The notes: generated by a model from the letters alone, not told the origin. A stretch of DNA of 64,000 bases from Octopus vulgaris (GCA_951406725.2 OX597828.1:34224001-34288000); one strand, 5' to 3'; counted from the stretch's first letter, positions 12,259-26,087 are shown. Translations and numbers: made by a program.

Positions 12259-12632
12259 ATGATGTGATTGTTTAGTTTATAGAATGGCTTTGTAGAGTTG
12301 GTGTGAGAGGCAGGATCTGGTCAATTTGAACATCATCATCATCATCATCATCATCATTTAGCGTCCGTTTTCCATGCTAGCATGGGTTGGATGGTTCAAC
12401 TGGGGTCTGTGAAGCTGGAAGGCTTCATCAGGCCCAGTCAGATCTGGCAGTGTTTCTAAGATCTGACTGGGCCTGATGAAGCCTTCCAGCTTCACAGACC
12501 CCAGTTGAACCATCCAACCCATGCTAGCATGGAAAACGGACGCTAAATGATGATGATGATGTTCAAATTGACCAGATCCTGCCTCTCACATCAACTCTAC
12601 AAAGCCATTCTATAACTAAACAATCACATCAT
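12259..12632. repeat. Near-perfect inverted repeat (~180-bp arms, 13-nt loop)
   Basis: 12259-12445 is the reverse complement of 12459-12632, apart from (ATG)n length and two small differences. Confidence 0.95.
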
Positions 12633-12657
12633 TGAAATTTCTAAACTTCCAAATAAT

Positions 12658-12872
12658 CTATTCTACTCTAGGCACAAGGCCCGAAATTTGGTGGGAGGGG
12701 GCCAGTCGATTAGATCGACCCCAGTATGCAACTGGTACTTAATTTATCGTCCCTGAAAGGATGAAAGGCAAAGTCGACCTCAGCGGAATTTGAACTCAGA
12801 ACATAAAGACAGATGAAATACTGCTAAGTATTTCACCCGGCATGCCAATACTTTTGCCAGCTTGCCATCTTA
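12658..12872 (-). mobile_element. SINE family B with a 17-bp TSD
   Basis: CTAAACT(T/A)CCAAATAAT at 12641-12657 and 12873-12889. Confidence 0.8.
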
Positions 12873-13123
12873 CTAAACTACCAAATAATGCATGATTAGT
12901 TCAAAACAAGGTGAGTAAGTAAGAAATTACATTTGCTAAAGTAATCTGAATACTAAAGGGTTAAATCTTCCTCCCCATTTGGGGTAATTTATCTGAGTTC
13001 TTTGATTCCTGATATAGAAGGTCTCACAATCTATACAGTTCTATATTTAAGAGATGAGGAATTATTTACATTATTTACATTATTTACATTTGACGGATAT
13101 TTATCCTCATCTTGTTTGTTGTT

Positions 13124-13169
13124 AACACAATGTTTCGGCTGATATACTCTCCAGTCTTCATCAGGTGTC
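13124..13169 (-). ncRNA. Minimal hammerhead motif
   Basis: Reverse complement reads GACAC-CTGATGA-AGACTG-gagagtatat-CAGCC-GAAA-CA-TT-GTGTT. Confidence 0.7.
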
Positions 13170-13217
13170 TTGCGGAAATTTGAACCTGGGTTCTCATTCC
13201 TAAGGTATTTTTCAATG

Positions 13218-13251
<34 letters not shown>

Positions 13252-13384
13252 CATTATTATTATTATCATTATTATTATTATCATTATCATTATTCAGATC
13301 ACTGCCTGGAATTGAACTCAGAATCTTGGGGTTAGTAGCCCGCACTCTAAACCCCAAGATTCCAAGTTCAATTCCTGGCAGTGA

Positions 13385-13420
<36 letters not shown>

Positions 13421-13484
13421 CAATAATAATAATAACATTGAAAAATACCTTAGGAATGAGAACCCGAGTTCAAAATTTCCCCAA

Positions 13485-13530
13485 GACACCTGATGAAGGC
13501 TGGAGGGTATATCAGCTGAAATGTTGTGTT
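13485..13530 (+). ncRNA. Minimal hammerhead motif
   Basis: GACAC-CTGATGA-AGGCTG-gagggtatat-CAGCT-GAAA-TG-TT-GTGTT. Confidence 0.7.
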
Positions 13531-13923
13531 AACAACAAACAAGATGAGGACAAATATCCGTGAAATGTAAATAATGTAAATAATCTCACAATCTATTATT
13601 AACAGACCCAAGAGAATTTACACAGGATGGATCCCAGGTATTTGTGAATGACTTTTAGGGAACGATAAATGAAAGATGATCAAATGTAACTGGGTATTTT
13701 TAATCTTTCATCTTTAAACTGTTTCAGCCTTTAGATTGTGGTCATGCTGGAGCACCACAGCAATGGGTTTAGTCAAACAAATTGATCCTAGTACTTATTG
13801 CAAAGTCCTGGGATTTTCTGTAACAGTTTTTTTGGCTGAACTGCTAGGTTACAGAGATGTAAATAAAGCAACACCTGTTATTGAGCAGTGGCACATGTGT
13901 GGACAAAGAAACACATACACACA

Positions 13924-13963
<40 letters not shown>

Positions 13964-13964
13964 T

Positions 13965-14014
<50 letters not shown>

Positions 14015-14540
14015 GCATATATATATATCCTCAAGATTGTAGTTGCATGAAATTCAAGTTCCAAGGCAAACACAAAGTTTTAATAAGTAGCTTGCTTCCT
14101 TACCACTTGGTTCTGGGTTCAGTCCCACTGCGCGGCACCTTGGGCAAGTGTCTTCTACTACAGCCTCGTGCTGACCAAAGCCTTGTGAGTAGATCTGGTA
14201 GATGGAAACTGAAAGAAGCCTCTTGTGTGTATGTATATATATATGTATATATATATGTGTGTGTTTCTTTGTGTATGTGTTTGTCTGCCCCCCAATGTCA
14301 TTTGACAACTGATGCAGGTTTGTTTATGTCCCTGCAACTTAACAGCTCGGCAAAAGAGATTGAGAGAATAAGTATCAAGCTTACAAACAATAAGCCCTGA
14401 GGTCGATTTGTTCGACTAAAAGGCGGTGCTCCAGCATGGTCGCAGTAAAATGACTGAAACACACAACAGAGTAAAAGAGGATATCTTCTACGAAATGTAT
14501 TGACCACTCCTATTGCTTTTGACTGGCATTAAGGAACATA

Positions 14541-15253
14541 CATGTGTGTGTGTGTGTGTGCGTGTGTGTGTGTGTGTGTATGTGTACGTGTGTATGTGTG
14601 TGTGTACATGTGTGTGTTTGTGTGTGTGTACGTGTCTGTGTTTGTGTACGTGTGTGTGTACGTGTGTGTGTACGTGTGTGTGTACGTGTGTGTGTGAGTG
14701 TATTTGTACGTGTGTGTGTGCATGTGTATTTGTCTGTGTATGTGTCTTTTTTGTCTGTGCTTGTCTCCACCCACCCCTATTTGACAACCAGTGTCAGTTT
14801 GTTAACCTTTCTGTAACTTAGTAGTTCAACAAAAAAGACTGATAAAATATGTAACAAACTTTTTAAAAAATCCAAGTGCCGGGGTTGATTTCTTTGACTA
14901 AAACCTTTCAAGTTGGTACCCCAGTATGACCACAGTCCAATCACTGAAATGAGTAAAAAATAAAAGAAATAAAAGCATCCATTTTAAGTTGTCTTAATGC
15001 CTTATTATCTAACACACACACTGATTTGATTTCCACTCATTTATTCTTTCTATTTTTCCTTTTCCTTCCAAAATTTTCGGTGCTGCTGGAAGAAAAAATA
15101 TAAAAGATATATGAGTGGAAATCAAACCGGTGAGTGTCATCATCTTCATCATCACTGTCGTCGTCATCGTCATCGTCATCATCCCCACCACCACCACCAC
15201 CCTCCTCCTCCTCCTCCTCCTCCTCCTCCTCCTCCTCCTCCTCCTCCTCCTCC

Positions 15254-15290
<37 letters not shown>

Positions 15291-18200
15291 TATTTAACAT
15301 CTGCTTCCCATGCTGGCATGGGTCAGACAGTTTGACTGGACTGGCAAACAAGGAGGATGCATCAGGCTCCAGTCTGATCTGGCAAGGTTTCTACAGATGA
15401 ACGCCCTTCCTAATGCCAACCACTCCGAGAGTGTAGTTGATGCTTTTTATGTGCTACCAGCATGGGGGCCAGACAGATAGCATTGGCATTGGCCATACTT
15501 ATATGGTGCCCTTTATATGGTGCCACCGGCACGGTGTGTTAGGCTATAAGGCACTAAGACAATTTGACCCTCCCTAGACACAACATAATTTGCTTCAACA
15601 CTTAAAGAATCTTTCAAACCAGATACAAAAACGAAACAAAGAGAGTTCGTTGCTTTAAAAATGATTTCACACCTAAGTCATTGAAGTCACCTGAGCTATG
15701 ATCAATGACATAGTTCCATTCATGACCATCTCACCTTAATTTCAGCCATAGCACACCAGGATGACATTATTCAATAATCAGGCAGAGCTATGACAAAGGG
15801 CTCACTTCCATTTATGACCATCCCACATTATTTTCAGTCATACTGCAACCAGGCTAACATCACCCAGTATGTTTTACTTTTTCTAAGTTGGTAGGATATG
15901 ACTTGGAGGTGATTCAGTAACTATTATTAGCAAATTATATGGCTATGTAGATGCTCTCCCATTCACTTGAAGTGATTGATGTTTCTTGCCTGGGCAATAG
16001 GGAGAGAAGTTCTTCTGTGTTCTGCTTTCAAATCTTACCAGTGTTTTAATTTGTCATTCATCTTCCTGTGCCAATTATTTAAACATATGTCACTTGTACG
16101 TGTGTGTGTTTGTGTTTGTGTATGTGTGTGTACGTGTGTGTGTGTACATGTGTGTGTGCATGTATGTGTACGTGTGTGTGTACATGTGTGTGTGTGTGCG
16201 TGTATTTGTATGTGTGTGTGTATGCGTGTGTATTTGTCTGTGTTTGTCTCCACCCACCACTATTTGACAACCAGTGTCAGTTTGTTAACCTTTCTGTAAC
16301 TTAGTAGTTCAACAAAAAAAACTGATAAAATATGTAACAAACTTTAAAAAAAATCCAAGTGCTGGGGTTGATTTCTTTGACTAAAACCTTTCAAGTTGGT
16401 ACCCCAGTATGACCACAGTCCAATCACTGAAATGAGTAAAAAATAAAAGAAATAAAAGCATCCATTTTAAGTTGTCTTAATGCCTTATTATCTAACACAC
16501 ACACTGGTTTGATTTCCACTCATTTATTCTTTCTATTTTTCGGTTTCCTTCCAAAATTTTCGGTGCTGCTGGAAGAAAAAATATAAAAAATATATGAGTG
16601 GAAATCAAACTGGTGAGTGTCATCATCTTCATCATCGTCGTCGTCGTCGTCATCGTCATCGTCATCGTCATCATCATCACCATCATCATCACCACCATCA
16701 CAACCACCACCGCCACCACCGCCACCACCACCATCATCATCACCACCACCACCATCCTCCTCTTCATCATCATCATCATTGTTTAACGTCTGCTTCCCAT
16801 GCTGGCATGGGTTGGACAGTTTGACTGAGGACTGGCAAACAGGGAGGCTGCATCAGGCTATAATCTGATCTGGCAAGGTTTCTACAGCTTGATGCCCTTC
16901 CTAACGCCAACCACTCTGAGAGTGTAGTCAGTGCTTTTTATGTGCCACCAGCATGGAGGCTAGTCAGATGGTGCTGGCATTGGCCATACTTATATGGTGC
17001 CCTTTATATGGTGCCACCGGCACGGTGTGTTAGGCTATAAGGCACTAAGACAATTTGACCCTCCCTAGACACAACATAATTTGCTTCAACACTTGACGAA
17101 TCTTTCAAACCAGATACAAAAACGAAACAAAGAGAGTTCGTTGCTTTAAAAATGATTTCACACCTAAGTCATTGAAGTCACCTGAGCTATGATCAATGAC
17201 ATAGTTCCATTCATGACCATCTCACCTTAATTTCAGCCATAGCACACCAGGATGACATTATTCAATAATCAGGCAGAGCTATGACAAAGGGCTCACTTCC
17301 ATTTATGACCATCCCACATTATTTTCAGTCATACTGCAACCAGGCTAACATCACCCAGTATGTTTTACTTTTTCTAAGTTGGTAGGATATGACTTGGAGG
17401 TGATTCAGCAACTATTATTAGCAAATTATATGGCTATGTAGATGCTCTCCCATTCACTTGAAGTGATTGATGTTTCTTGCCTGGGCAATAGGGAGAGAAA
17501 GTTCTTCTGTGTTCTGATTTCAAATCTTACCAGTGTTTTAATTTGTCATTCATCTTCCTGTGCCAGTTATTTAAACATATGTCACTTGTACGTGTGTGTG
17601 TTTGTGTTTGTGTATGTGTGTGTACGTGTGTGTGTACGTGTGTGTGTACGTGTGTGTGTACGTGTGTGTGTGTACATGTGTGTGTGTGTGCATGTATGTC
17701 TACGTGTGTGTGTATATGTGTGTGTGTGTGCGTGTATTTGTATGTGTGTGTGTATGCGTGTGTATTTGTCTGTGTATGTGTCTTTTTTTGTCTGTGCTTG
17801 TCTCCACCCACCCCTATTTGACAACCAGTGTCAGTTTGTTAACCTTTCTGTAACTTAGTAGTTCAACAAAAAAGACTGATAAAATATGTAACAAACTTTT
17901 TAAAAAATCCAAGTGCCGGGGTTGATTTCTTTGACTAAAACCTTTCAAGTTGGTACCCCAGTATGACCACAGTCCAATCACTGAAATGAGTAAAAAATAA
18001 AAGAAATAAAAGCATCCATTTTAAGTTGTCTTAATGCCTTATTATCCAACACACACACTGGTTTGATTTCCACTCATTTATTTTTTCTATTTTTCCTTTT
18101 CCTTCCAAAATTTTCGGTGCTGTTGGAAGAAAAAATATAAAAAATATATGAGTGGAAATCAAACTGGTGAGTGTCATCATCTTCATCATCGTCGTCGTCG

Positions 18201-19127
18201 TCGTCATCGTCATCGTCATCGTCATCATCATCATCATCATCACCACCACCACCACAACCACCACCACCACCGCCGCCACCGCAACCACCACCACCATCCT
18301 CCTCTTCATCATCATCATCATTGTTTAACGTCTGCTTCCCATGCTGGCATGGGTTGGACAGTTTGACTGAGGACTGGCAAACAGGGAGGCTGCATCAGGC
18401 TCTAATCTGATCTGGCAAGGTTTCTACAGCTTGATGCCCTTCCTAACGCCAACCACTCTGAGAGTTTAGTCGGTGCTTTTTATGTGCCACCAGCATGGAG
18501 GCCAGTCAGATGGCGCTGGCATTGGCCATACTTATATGGTGCCCTTTACGTGCCACCGGCATGGTGTGTTAGGCTATAAGGCATTAAGACAATTTGACCC
18601 TCCCTAGACACAACATAATTTGCTTCAACACTTGAAGAATCTTTCAAACCAGATACAAAAACGAAACAAATAGAGTTTGTTGCTTTAAAAATGATTTCAC
18701 TAGAAAGTCATTGAAGTCACCTGAGCTATGATCAATGTCATAGTTCCATTCATGACCATCTCACCTTAATTTCAGCCATAGCACACCAGGATAACATTAT
18801 TCAATAATCAGGCAGAGCTATGACAAAGGGCTCACTTCCATTTATGACCATCCCACATTATTTTCAGTCATACTGCAACCAGGCTAACATCACCCAGTAT
18901 GTTTTACTTTTTCTAAGTTGGTAGGATATGACTTGGAGGTGATTCAGCAACTATTATTAGCAAATTATATGGCTATGTAGATGCTCTCCCATTCACTTGA
19001 AGTGATTGATGTTTCTTGCCTGGGCAATAGGGAGAGAAGTTCTTCTGTGTTCTGATTTCAAATCTTACCAGTGTTTTAATTTGTCATTCATCTTCCTGTG
19101 CCAATTATTTAAACATATGTCACTTGT
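14541..19127. repeat. Tandem triplication of a ~1.5-kb segment
   Basis: Units end at AAACATATGTCACTTGT (16097, 17589, 19127). Non-microsatellite parts are almost identical. Confidence 0.95.
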
Positions 19128-19253
19128 TGGTGTTGTCACTCAGCTCCAGATAAGATCTGATCCCAAAAACTTATGATTAAAGGCATTCAAACCATGACAA
19201 CCCCAATGGCTAGGTTGTCTAATGTGTCTGTTTATCTTTATTTAACACATTAA

Positions 19254-19714
19254 CCCTTTTGTTACATATTTCCGTTGAAATGCTCGCATTTCTTTCAATT
19301 AATCTTAAATATTACAAAGAATTTAGTAAAATAACTTAGTTATTATTAAGCTAGTGTCAGGAACATAAATTGTGATTAAGGTTTGGTGGAAGATTTTAAT
19401 TTAAAACTTATGAAAACAAGACATTTGTACTGCAGAGCCAGAAGCAGTTTCAGCCGGGTTGGTATCGAAAGGGTTAAATTAATAATTTGTGAACCCTTTT
19501 GTTACCAAATTATTTTGAGATGCTCTGTGTTTCTTTCAATTAATTTTAAATATAACAAAGAATTTAGTAAAATAACTTGGTTATCATTAAGCTAGTGTAA
19601 GAAACATAAATTGTGTCTAAGGTTTGGAGAAAGATTTTAATTCAGAACTTATGGAAACAAGACATTTGTACTCAGAGCCAGAGGTGGTTTCAGCCGGGTT
19701 GGTATCAAAAGGTG
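19254..19714. mobile_element. Two tandem piggyBac-type MITEs
   Basis: TTAA|CCCTTT...AAAGGG|TTAA at 19250-19477, followed by a similar copy at ~19494-19714. Confidence 0.8.
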
Positions 19715-21974
19715 TTAATGTATGATTTGAGGGAGATTTGGTTGTAATTTCTAGCAATCAAATTTCCCACAAATCATACCCTTTTTTCATTTCAGTGAAA
19801 TACTTTCATACAAACAAGCAAAATGTAAACATTTTCATATTCACTGATATACCCACACACACATACATACATACATTCATACACACATACATGCACCCCA
19901 ACACACATACCTACATTCATACACACATACATACATTCATACCTATCTATTTATACATGATAAATTTTAAGTGATTGCAAATAGAACAATCATTTAAAAT
20001 TTCTCACCCTTCATTCATAAACATTACAATTTGATATTTTGCCTTTGAAGAAGTTTCCATATTTAAACAAGGACCAATCTGTCAATTTTATCAGCCATTT
20101 TATGTTGACCTGCTGGTTAACAAGTTAATATCCTAATCCTGTTTTCCTTATGAAATATTATCTCTGAGAAGACTTTTATCTAAATGTCAAGTATTAAATG
20201 TTCAGCTTTTAGAGATGATATCAACCCTTACAAGTACCAATTTGTGGTAGAAAAAGGAAAGAGATCTTCCAGTGGGATTTGAACCACATATTTACTGCTT
20301 GCTAGGTAACCATGTTATAAACTGTACTATGGTGCTTTTGCTATTTTATCTTTGTAAAAAAAATTGAACCTGTAATTTGTTTCTCTTATTTGCATTATAC
20401 TATTTAGGAGCAAGGTCATGGTTAGTGCTGGGGTCACATGGAAGGTGTCCATGCTCATGATATGTGAAAGGCACCATAACGGTGACACGTAAAAGAAGCT
20501 TAAGTGGGTAACATGTAAAAGGCACCTGTGTTGGTGACATGTAAAAAACACCTGTGCCGATGGCGACATATCAAAAGCACTCATGACAGTGACATGTAAA
20601 AGCGGGTGACATGTAAAAGGTACCTGTGTTGGTGGTGACATATAAAAGAAAACCTGTGCTGGTGGTGACATATAAAAGGTACCCATGACGGTGACACGTA
20701 AAAGATAGCCAGGACACTCTTGGAGTGGTTGGCGTGAGAGGAAGGGCATCCAGCCATAGAAACCAAGCTGAAACAGACTGGAGCCTGATACAGCTCTCCA
20801 TCTTACTCGTGCCAGTCAAATCATCATACCCATGGCAGCATGGGAAATGGGTGCTAAGTGATGAAGAGGATGGTGATGACAATGATGATGAGGAGGAGGA
20901 GGAGGAGGAGGGTGATGATAATGATGTTGGTGATGCTGATGATGATGATGAGGAGGAGGAGGTGGAGGGTGATGGTAATGATGTTGGTGATGATGATGAT
21001 GAGGAGGAGGAGAGGAGGAGGAGGAGGGTGATGGTAATGATGTTGGTGATGATGATGATGATGAGGAGGAGGAGGAGGAGGGTGATGGTAATGATGTTGG
21101 TGATGATGATGATGATGATGGTGATGTATCCTTACTGCCTTCTAAGTGAAATGAGAAAGGAAAAGGCTAGGCATGTCAACATTGAGAACAAATCAAGGAG
21201 TGGAGCCCCTCAGGAGGTCCTGTGCTCTCATTTCCACTCTTCTGGCAACTCCAGGGTAGGTGGCACTCTCCAACCCTGTTAAGCAGCTCAGCTAGGAATA
21301 AGCCACACCAATGTAAAACTTGGTGTGGTGGTCACTGCAGCTATCTTAGTTCACCAAGCCATTCTACTGAGACCTCCATCCTTAAAGACTGGAATCAGAT
21401 TGTTCAGACCGACTTTCATTATAGAATCAATACGGCCAGGCAGAAAGAAAAGCCCTTCAACATCAGAGGCTGGTTTACAAAGTCACCTGAGGAAATGTAG
21501 CACTTCCTTGTCATCTTTAGACTCAAAGAAACTGCCATCATTGCAGTCCGGTTATGCTTGCTTTGCAACTTTGTGGTCTCAGGTTCAGTTGCACTGTCTG
21601 GCACCTTGGACCAGTGCCATTTACAAGAACCACCATCCAAACAAAAACTTTGCAAGGGAATTTGATAATTATAAACTGACAAAGGAACCTGTTGTGTATT
21701 TATGAGCATATTGGGCCTCACAGAGGTAAAGTGGCTGAGTTCCTTTCGAGTGTTGGGCCTCCTGGAGGCAATGACTGAGTCTTTTGGCATTATGTCATTT
21801 CTTCAGAATAAGACCCATCAAGCCAAGCAAAATCACAGTCATGGCAGATACCCATGTCACACAAATTGACACCCTTGCTGGTGGCACGTAGAAGCACCCC
21901 AGTGTCACACAAACGGCACCCGTGCTGGTGAAAAGTAAAAGCACTCAATACATGGACAGATGGTTTGGAAAATA

Positions 21975-22050
21975 GATGGAGAGATAGATAGGTAATTAGA
22001 TAGCTAGCTAGATAGACAGATGGGTGGACAGATAGAATGAGTGGTAGATG

Positions 22051-22111
<61 letters not shown>

Positions 22112-22124
22112 GTAGATAGGTAGG

Positions 22125-22179
<55 letters not shown>

Positions 22180-22329
22180 GTAGATAGATAGACAGAGAGC
22201 TAGACTGACAGAAAGACAGACAGACAGACATGCAGATAGATAAATAAATAGATAGACAGACAGACGGATAGACAGACAGACAGATAGACACAGATAGACA
22301 TAGATAAATAGACAGACAGACAAACAGAC

Positions 22330-22387
<58 letters not shown>

Positions 22388-22401
22388 TTAGTTAGATAGA
22401 C

Positions 22402-22490
<89 letters not shown>
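21975..22490. repeat. (GATA/GACA)n microsatellite
   Basis: Read directly. Confidence 0.9.
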
Positions 22491-22758
22491 CAAACATGTC
22501 GGTCAATGACAAACAGAATAGCCTCAATAATAACAGGAATTTTATATATTCCAATAAAACAGTTGCAGATTTGAATAAAACTTTTGTTATGGAATGAAGC
22601 TTATTTGGTTTGACTGGTTGTTGTTGTATACTTTTGCACCAATTCTTCAAATAATTATTTACTATGTGTTACAACTGTGTTATTTTTGTTGTCTTTCATT
22701 CTATGCCTTCTAAAATATTCTGGGAAATTCAGAGAAAAGATTTCATCATACACACACA

Positions 22759-23450
22759 CAGTGGCAGCTCGTAGATGAAATTAGTCGTGGTGCTGCTTCA
22801 GAAAATTTTTGGCCATTGTTTTGATATTGTGTAAAAAGGAAACAAACATATAAAAAGAATATTTATACGTAAACTTGATTGGTTTGTTGCTTTTGCCACT
22901 GCCAGGTAGTATGTTTAATTTGTTCACTGAACACCGCTGCGAATTGCCCTTTGTAATTCAAAAATACCCCCTAAATCACAAAATAAGGGGCGGAAAAAAT
23001 CTGCCCTATTTTTCAAATCCTGGCAGCAACACTGAAGCTGGAAGCAGGATAATAATCTAATTCTACACTTTATTACATCCAAGAATATAAACATGTTTTT
23101 AAGCACAACACATATGGAGTCAAAAAACATACTACCTTCTACCTGTCGTTCATGCAGTGCTCTCTCTCCCTAGTGTGAAGCTTCCTATCTTGGAGAGGTG
23201 GGCATATGCACAACAGCCAAACAGCGCGTCTATAGAACTGTGAAGTGCACAGTTCTATACAAGGATTTTTGTATTTTTTTCATAAACTAGGGAATGGCTA
23301 CTGAAGTTAAGCTTAAGGATTATATATTGTACAAGTAAAAAGAAAGAATTAAAGAAAAAATAGGACTCATTATATTGAATGTTATCGGTAATATCGAGTG
23401 GAAATAAGGGGTGTTGCAGTTCTGCAGTTTCTATACATGAGCCACCACTG
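22759..23450. mobile_element. hAT-type non-autonomous element
   Basis: TIRs CAGTGGCAGCTCGT / ATGAGCCACCACTG; 8-bp flank CACACACA on both sides. Confidence 0.7.
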
Positions 23451-23479
23451 CACACACACACATACTCACAACACACTAC

Positions 23480-23519
<40 letters not shown>

Positions 23520-23927
23520 TCTTTTACTCTTTTACTTGTTTCAGTCATTTGACTGCGCCCATGCTGGGGCATCGCCTTTTGTCCAGTAAATCGACCCCAG
23601 GACTTATTCTTTGTAAGCCTAGTACTTATTCTATCAGCCTCGTTTGCCAAACTACTAAATGACAGGGACATAAACACACCAACATCGGTTGTCAAGTGGT
23701 GGTGGGGGACAAACACAGCCCCCCCACATATAAATACATACATATTTATATATATATATATATATACAATGGGCTTGTTTCAGTTTCCGTCTACCAAATC
23801 TATTCACAAGGGTTTGGTCAGCCCGAGGCTATGCTAGAAGACACTTGCCCACGGTGCCACATGGTGGAACTGATCCCAGAACCATGTGATTAGGAAGCAA
23901 ACTTCTTACAACACAACCATGCCTGGA

Positions 23928-23960
<33 letters not shown>

Positions 23961-23981
23961 GTACATATACGTGTGTATATA

Positions 23982-24030
<49 letters not shown>

Positions 24031-24747
24031 ACTATATGATTGAACACCACGCATCCTCTTCAAAGTAAGTTTTATCTTAATAATTCTGATGTGCACTCTA
24101 TGCGATATTTTTACTCTTTCGTTTTCCTTCTATTTTTCTCTTATTCTTTTACCTCCTCTTCTCCCACTATTCTATCCTATTACTCTGTCACTCTCTCTCT
24201 CCCTCATTCCTCCTCCCTTGCTCACGTAGCTCCCACGTGACCATCGGCCATCTTTCTTTCTTTCTCTCTGTTGTAGCTGGAACAAAAAAGACGTGTTCTT
24301 ATCTGTCTCCTGTCCGAGCTTGATTTACACATTCACCACCACAACCTCGTTTAGGCTTAGCAGACCTTCCTGCTTGTTTTCGCTGTCCAGTTTGTGTTAT
24401 CAATTTTGACCCTCCGCAAAATCCCAAATTTTATTTAATTTTTTTGTGGGGGCAACTGTTTTATCAAAAGTCTATATTGTTGTTAAATGCTCGAAATATG
24501 AGACTAGAAAAACAGCCAACAACTGATGAAGGGTCGTTCTTTATGTTTGTTTTGTTTTCCATTTGCGTCTTTCGTTGTTCGAAAGTATAGATCATGTTCC
24601 ATGTACTCGTGCTTCATATTTTTCGTTGTACACGTTTCGGGACGTCCTGTGCCCCCATATGCACACACACACACACACACACATAAATATATGTGTGTGT
24701 GTGTGTGTATAGATGTAAGTATGTAAATATATGCTATATATATATGC

Positions 24748-24805
<58 letters not shown>

Positions 24806-26087
24806 AAAAAAGGCGTTCATTTCTTTCATATGTATTAAATCTGTACATCACCCCAATACTTCTAATATATATATATATATATAAATGCACGTTTATACAC
24901 ACACACACAGTAGCATTGCATCCCAGCGTTGCCCGGATGTTATGACCTATAGCCACATTGTATTATTTATTCCTTTCTTATTGATTGAATCAGCACAACT
25001 GATAAATAGTAAACTGGATTACTGGCATAATTGAAATTATTGTTTGTGAAGGAGGGGAGAGTACAATTGGCATGGGTTTACATGAAAATACTTTCTTTCC
25101 TTAAGAAGGAGCACAAACTACATATAGTTTCATTGCATAAAAGGGGGTTAATACGATTTTGCCCAGAAATCACATTTTCAAAATTTTAATTTCTCCCTGT
25201 CCCCACAACAATTTCTTAATTTGTAACTTTTTCGAAATTTTTTTTTACCCCCGTAGAAAAATACAGAGATTACAAATCTGGGATATGCATTTTTAATTTA
25301 AAGTTTAATTTTTCTTAAAGAAACACTCAATACCTTTTCCTCCACCTTGCCTACCCATCACCTACCTACCTTCAAAAAGCTAAAACCTCCCAATGTTTCA
25401 CTTTTGACTGATGTTTCATGCAAGTATAGAATTGTACTGAAATAACAGACATAAAAAAAATACCAAAATACCACCAGAAAACCCAACATGCTAGAAACAA
25501 CAGGCAAACGACATTATTCCTGAAGAAACTTTCCCCGCTTTTTAAAAAGCTAAAAGTGAAATATTGGGAGTTTATAGCTTTTTGGAAATGGTGAAGTGAT
25601 GGGTGGATGTTTGGGAAAGAGATTTTAGTGTTTCTTTAAGGAAAAAAAAAAAACGAAGATTCTCAAAGATTTGTACTTTCTGTTTTTTTTTTCTCTGTGG
25701 CTTACCAAGAAAAAAATTTTGAAAAAAGTAAGAAAAGAAAAATTAAGAAACTGGGGTGGGGATGGAGAAAATTAAAATATTAAGAACATGTTTTTTTTTG
25801 TGAAATCCTAATCACCTGTATCAAAATCAAGAATCGGAAGAAATTTAGGAAAAAATTATGGTGGTGGTGGTGGGGAGGGGGAGGGGGAGCACAAATGTCA
25901 CCTTGGATATGCTAGAAACAAGGACAGGGTTTCTGGGAAAACTTCCTTTTAAGTTTATAACGAGGGTCAGGTTTTTAAATACGCTCATCACAAACACAAA
26001 TTGCAGAATGGAAAAAGGTCATTTCAGTTAGATTTGAGCTGTAATTTTGCGTGTGCACACTGCCAAAAAATAACATAATTTGTGCTG

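Larger units (their letters stand above)
13035..13583. mobile_element. Palindromic Penelope-like element: partial tRNA head, (AAT)n, hammerhead, (AATGTAAAT)n tail, with a 13-bp TSD
   Basis: Head-to-head inverted arms centred at ~13345. TCTCACAATCTAT is repeated at 13022-13034 and 13584-13596. Hammerhead cores at 13124-13169 (-) and 13485-13530 (+). B-box-like GAGTTCAATTCC near the centre. Confidence 0.85.

Noticed and set aside
12474-12500. CTGATGA as a possible hammerhead in the inverted repeat
   Set aside because: No GAAA or stem II follows; it is a variant of a retroelement UTR (other copies read CTGGTGCAGCC).
20250-20335. tRNA-like sequence on the minus strand (GGTTCAAATCCC)
   Set aside because: Only the T-arm/B box is recognisable; no complete cloverleaf.
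20440-20705. CRISPR-like periodicity (GGTGACATGTAAAAG units)
   Set aside because: Degenerate minisatellite in a retroelement 3' UTR; no unique spacers, no cas genes, eukaryotic context.
21220-21500. Possible RTE C-terminal remnant (SEAGLQSHLRKC)
   Set aside because: Too short and degenerate to call.
21790-22650. 286-aa ORF
   Set aside because: (CTAT)n translation (YLSI repeats).
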